A stretch of DNA of 64,000 bases from Macrostomum lignano (taxonomy: Eukaryota): NCBI GenBank assembly GCA_002269645.1, contig NIVC01000586.1, forward strand, positions 210,490 to 274,489, read 5' to 3'. Below are positions 59,456-64,000 of this stretch, one piece after another (the stretch's first letter is position 1; the number at the start of each line of letters is the position of its first letter). The notes under the pieces were generated by a model. It saw only the letters and a program-made list of their open reading frames with translations, did not search any database and was not told the DNA's origin. The position numbers were made by a program, and so were the translations under genes.

Positions 59456-61269
59456 CCGTTTCTGTGCTTTATGTAAGTCTCTCTAATTCATATTTTTCTG
59501 TAAATAGAGCGTTAGTTTAAAAAAGATAATAAATCTAGAAAGAAAGAAATAATATATACTATATATTAGGCTATAGTTTTAGACTTATAGCCTATAGACT
59601 TTTGCTCCTTATCCATCTACAGGTCGCTTCTTCAATCGGCAGAGTGTTCAGGATTGCTAAAGCTGCGAGCGCTGCGATCCCGTCCAGCAAGTCTAGCGAC
59701 CTGACCGAAGCCGCTGTCTCAATAAACTCTAACTACATGTTTTTTATCTATCAATCCTGTAAGCATTTCTACGTAGGTTATTTTCTGTATGTTATTTGTG
59801 TCTGGCTATTAAGGTAGCTAGCTACTACTGCATTTGAATTGACCATGCTCCATGCATCTTCTATTCACAAATACTCCAGGTTTAAACTTGCTGGGTTGTT
59901 TGCTCCTGCACGTTTCAAAAGAAAAAATTACGAAAAGAAAAAGCTATAGTTTCGTATAGCATATGCAAATGCAGCATAGCTAGTCGGTGCATTGCCTTTT
60001 CCTCAACCCGCATCCCTTCCCACAGTTTGCCAGGCCCCAGCTTGAGGAAAAAGCCCACTCAGAATTTGGTTGCAAGTCCAGATTGACTAGGATATTTCAA
60101 GAGACCGCGCATTGCCAGAGCTTGCCTGGCTGACGCCCGCGGCAGCTATAAACAGAAAAAAAAGAAAATGACGAATGGTCTGTGGCTATAAACCATAGAC
60201 CATTATAGCCACATAAACCATATGTACATATGGTTTATGTACATAAACCATATGTACATATATTCTATATGGTCTGTGGCTATAAACCAAAAAATGCGGG
60301 TCCGCCGCTCAGGTCACGATATAATCAGTCAAAGAAATCTTGAACTAGAAAAAACTTATATATTTAGATCTCCTTGAATCAGTCTCCCGCTCTCCATATA
60401 TCATATTTGGAACAAAGACCTACAACTCTTCAGTTTATGAGGCAAAGAACTCCCAGAAGCTTTAGGACCAGATGGCCTGTAGCACAAACAGCGCTAACGA
60501 AAATGAGAATTATATTTTTATACACAAATGTATGCAGATTTGCTGTGCTAAAAAAGTCTCATTGATGTGATGTATCAATGTTGCTTTCAAAATAGCTGTC
60601 TATATGGGAAGAGAAATAGAATGAGTGAACAAGAGTGAGTGAGTAAGTGAGTTTGTTTCGCTTTGTTGAATCGCTGCCTCAATTCTACTACACAACAGAC
60701 ATGGCGTACCTATTTGACTATTGAATCCATTCGATCCATGCGTAAATATGTAGAAATGTTTCCACAAACTTCTTTATTTAGAAGTGATTTATTGCCCATG
60801 TGGGCCAGGCCAGAAACGTTACAGTGTGGAGTCTGGCTCCCAAAATAACGAATATAAGCCTTGTCAATGTCCAGGGTTCGCAGTGACTGTGCACTGGGAG
60901 TGTTCGCTGTGTTTCTTACTAGCCCCCGAAATCTGCTACTGAGTCATTGTTCATTTGAAGGAATCTAGCTTGCTTTGTTTGTGCTTTTGCTTATCTTATT
61001 TTACTTTTTGTACGCTTCAAATAAATATACAAAAACTTGGTAAAACCAAATCAGGTACATCTAAATTAAATGAGAGTAGCTACTAAGGCTTTTGATGGAC
61101 ATATGAAGCAATTTAAACGTGACAAATATAATGTCCTAATGCAAATCAGTACAATTTTCAGATGACATGTTTTGGTTTAGTTCATGGTTTGCATTGTGAT
61201 TTTAGTTCTATCTGTCTATTTTCTGTCCGTCTTTCTATAGATTTTTATCTGCGGGGTTTACTGCTGCTA

Positions 61270-61560
61270 CACAGGGGTAGAGAGAAAACAGCGAGAACAG
61301 AGTGAACAGAGTGAGAGAGACCAGAGTGAGAGTGAACAGAGTGAGAGAGAACAGCGAGAACAGAGTGAACAGAGTGAGAGAGAACAGCGAGAACAGAGTG
61401 AACAGAGTGAGAGAGACCAGAGTGAGAGTGAACAGAGTGAGAGAGACAGCGAGAACAGAGTGAACAGAGTGAGAGAGACCAGAGTGAGAGTGAACAGAGT
61501 GAGAGAGAACAGAGTGAGAGAGAACAGAGTGAGAGAGAACAGTGTGAGAGAACGGAGAGA
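61270..61560. repeat. AGAGTGAACAGAGTGAG low-complexity repeat
   Basis: Direct reading. Confidence 0.9.
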
Positions 61561-61661
61561 AGGGAAAGAGAAAGGATCACAGAGAGGGGCTGAGCCCACC
61601 CACCCAAACAGTTCTTACTCTTCCTGGACTGTCTGCGTGCCTGGGACACTTGACGTGGACA

Positions 61662-61877
61662 CACTGTAAAAAATATGTGGCCGAAAAAATAGCCAAAAAG
61701 TGGCCAAATGCAAGTAGCCTAAAAGTGGCCAAGAGTGTCCCACGTTCGGCCACATTTCCGGCCACTTTTTAAGTGGCCGAACGTGGGACACTCTTGGCCA
61801 CTTTTAGGCTACTTGCGTTTGGCCACTTTTTGGCTACTTTTTTGGCCACATATTTTGCCGGCCACATATTTCTCGTG
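61662..61877. mobile_element. Palindromic MITE-like element with CAC...GTG ends
   Basis: Starts CACTGTAAAAAATATGTGGCC and ends GGCCACATATTTCTCGTG. It has a near-perfect internal inverted repeat of about 69 bp around a 19-nt spacer. No TSD found. Confidence 0.55.
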
Positions 61878-62370
61878 TTTGTGTTATTTTCGGCTCTTTT
61901 ACGATAAATTTCTCGCTGTAAACGTGGAATCCTTAAATAAAACCCCTCATTGCAGTTATCGTACTGCATTTATAGATTAAAGAAGTAATTAAGCAGTATA
62001 TAAGCATATTATATATGACCAGAAAAATTTCATAATTCATTTCGTTGATTGAATAGTGGAATAATTGTCTCAGTTATCCAGCACTTTAATTGTATTTTTT
62101 TATTAAAGAGACAAAAAAACAGAACATAGAGTAATTGTGAGAAATTGTGAATAAATGTGAGCAATGGTAAGCAACTGAGCAAATGTGAGCAACTGAGCAA
62201 CTGTTTGTGTGGCTGAGTAGGGGAGACTTGGGTGGCTGGTTTCGGCAGATTTGGGTGCATGGCTGAGTATAGGGGAGACTTTGGTGGCTGGTCATGGGAG
62301 ATTTGGGTGGCTGGGAAATTTCTGAGAAGCACAATTGGAGGATGAGACACATTGTCAAGTTCATTGTCGA

Positions 62371-63455
62371 TCACAAAAAACTACTGGGCAAAACTTGCAC
62401 TGTCAACTTGACTGACTGATTGGTGGCTCGCTTAGGATTCCGGAGCTTCAAAAAAATCTCAACCGTCTCCAGCAGGTTTTCTGTGCGGCGGTCATGCTTT
62501 AAATTTAATGCCAGAAATGCTAGAACGTACAAAAGAATTGTCTCCAAAGCAGATTCCGTCTTGATATTAGTCGTGGACACCCGCACGCCACTCCAACAAC
62601 CGTCGAAACTTGAAACGTCACCATCTGCCACAATGCTAACGTGGCAATTTGAGTCGAAAAAGGCATCAAGGTTGCGCACTTTGCCCTTGATGGCCAGAAG
62701 CATAAAACCATTTTTAATGGAAACTTCAGGATCATCTGACTGTAAATAATTTTTTTTTATTGTTAATACAAGTTTGAACAGGTTCTACAAAAGGATAATT
62801 AGCTTTAACAAAATTTAAAAGCTGATAATCACTTAATAAAATATCAAAACAAGTGTTAAAAAAGGAATCAAAGTCCAAAAAGTTACTAGTTGATTCTATA
62901 ATATCAGTTGAAATATTATTTTCTTTTAAAAACTGAGTAGCCATAACATTATACAAGTTACTAAAGGTTGAAATAATTTCCTTTACATTGTCAGTCAAGA
63001 AAAGACTAAGTCTATTAGGTAAACAATGCAGATCTCTATTAGAAAGAAAAAAACTTAATTATATCAAGTACAAGCTTTTCCTTTAGAGCCTCTTTTAGTT
63101 CAGAAGAACTTTGATCAATGAAGCCATAAGCTCCCTCCATGATTTCATCATTTTTAGTTGATATGTCATCATAATCATTTGTTGCATCACTTTTTTCATT
63201 AATAGACCTTGGAAAGTTGGGGTCTATTAAGTAATTAATTTTGCCAGAAATGTCATCTAGTTTGTCTTCAATTGAAAAAATGGCAGTCTCTTCAGCTACA
63301 TAAGGCTTGTTATGGAATCTTAATAAATTCTTAAGTATACCCGCTTTAGTTGAACTACTTAAATTGCAATGTTGAATGGGACAAGTAAACCTGTTTGCTA
63401 ATTGAAGCTTTTCTAGACAAGGGGTGTACTTTGAATGGTGGACAAAACCTGACAT
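62371..63455 (-). pseudogene. Degenerate transposon-derived coding fragments
   Basis: A decayed C2H2-like motif (CPIQHC...RFH) and an LLSDYQLLNFVKANYPFVEPV segment resemble CMC transposase N-termini. They abut an unrelated C-terminal fragment (ILLYVLAFLALNLKH). Recall-based. Confidence 0.4.
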
Positions 63456-64000
63456 TGCTCAAATGTTTTCCCACATTTACAGGGAAACATTCTTAAAAAA
63501 ATCAAAGCAAAATGGATTCTTACAAGGCTAAATTTAAGCAAAAAAATTTCTCGGACCATGTTAATTTATACTGTAGACCTAGCAGACCTAGTTTACAAAG
63601 ATTTAGAATAAGGCTATTATTATAAGACAAAGACCAAGACAATAAACTAAAAAAGCAGACACAATAATAATTAGACAATAATATGTTGAACTACAAAGAA
63701 TAAAAATAAAATGAAGCACAAGAAAAGGTAAGGCTCAAGGGCAAGAATTGAATAAATACTGTGATCTAGGCCTATGTCAAGAAGTAAGTAGTCTATAAAT
63801 ATATACAAATATAAAAATATATACACAAGTCACAATGTTGTTAGGGCCTAATTTCAGTAGTCTGGGTCAATAGTTAATGCAGTCAATAGTTAATGCAGAA
63901 GTTCTTGCAATTTGCAAAGAAACTAAGCAAAGCACGAGAGCAGAGCATATGCAGAGTTGAGCGTAAATGCGATGTAACGCTGAAAATGATTTTAGTAGTT

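Overview
Repeat-rich metazoan genomic DNA with spliceosomal introns. The style (GC-rich exons, a private minisatellite in most introns) suggests a free-living flatworm such as Macrostomum; this is inference only. The main result is two tandem paralogous genes (4369-11114 and 12847-18884, + strand) that the ORF track shows only as fragments. Each reconstructs as constant 5' exon(s), a 98-nt exon, a cluster of homologous phase-1 to phase-0 cassette exons, and a constant last exon. Gene 1 has 6 cassettes of 86-98 nt; gene 2 has 7 cassettes of exactly 77 nt. Frame arithmetic implies mutually exclusive splicing. In gene 2 every cassette is preceded by an intronic motif (core ACGTTTCC-like) complementary to one upstream sequence at 14715-14733, which matches the Dscam1-type docking-site/selector architecture. 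The swapped segment is a basic helix in a domain that I recall resembles C14orf93, so isoforms may differ in nucleic-acid specificity (inference). Also present: an intact 7-exon PTEN homolog (- strand), a secreted single-WSC protein, a Thr-rich type II membrane protein and the 3' exons of a CEP290-like gene. Mobile DNA includes an internally deleted Ty3/Gypsy element, a Tc1/IS630 relic, a hAT derivative, a piggyBac fragment, a CMC/EnSpm-like transposase with a pseudogenised divergent partner gene carrying a LINE insertion, and several MITEs. Many minisatellites are present, and old elements show CpG-decay signatures.
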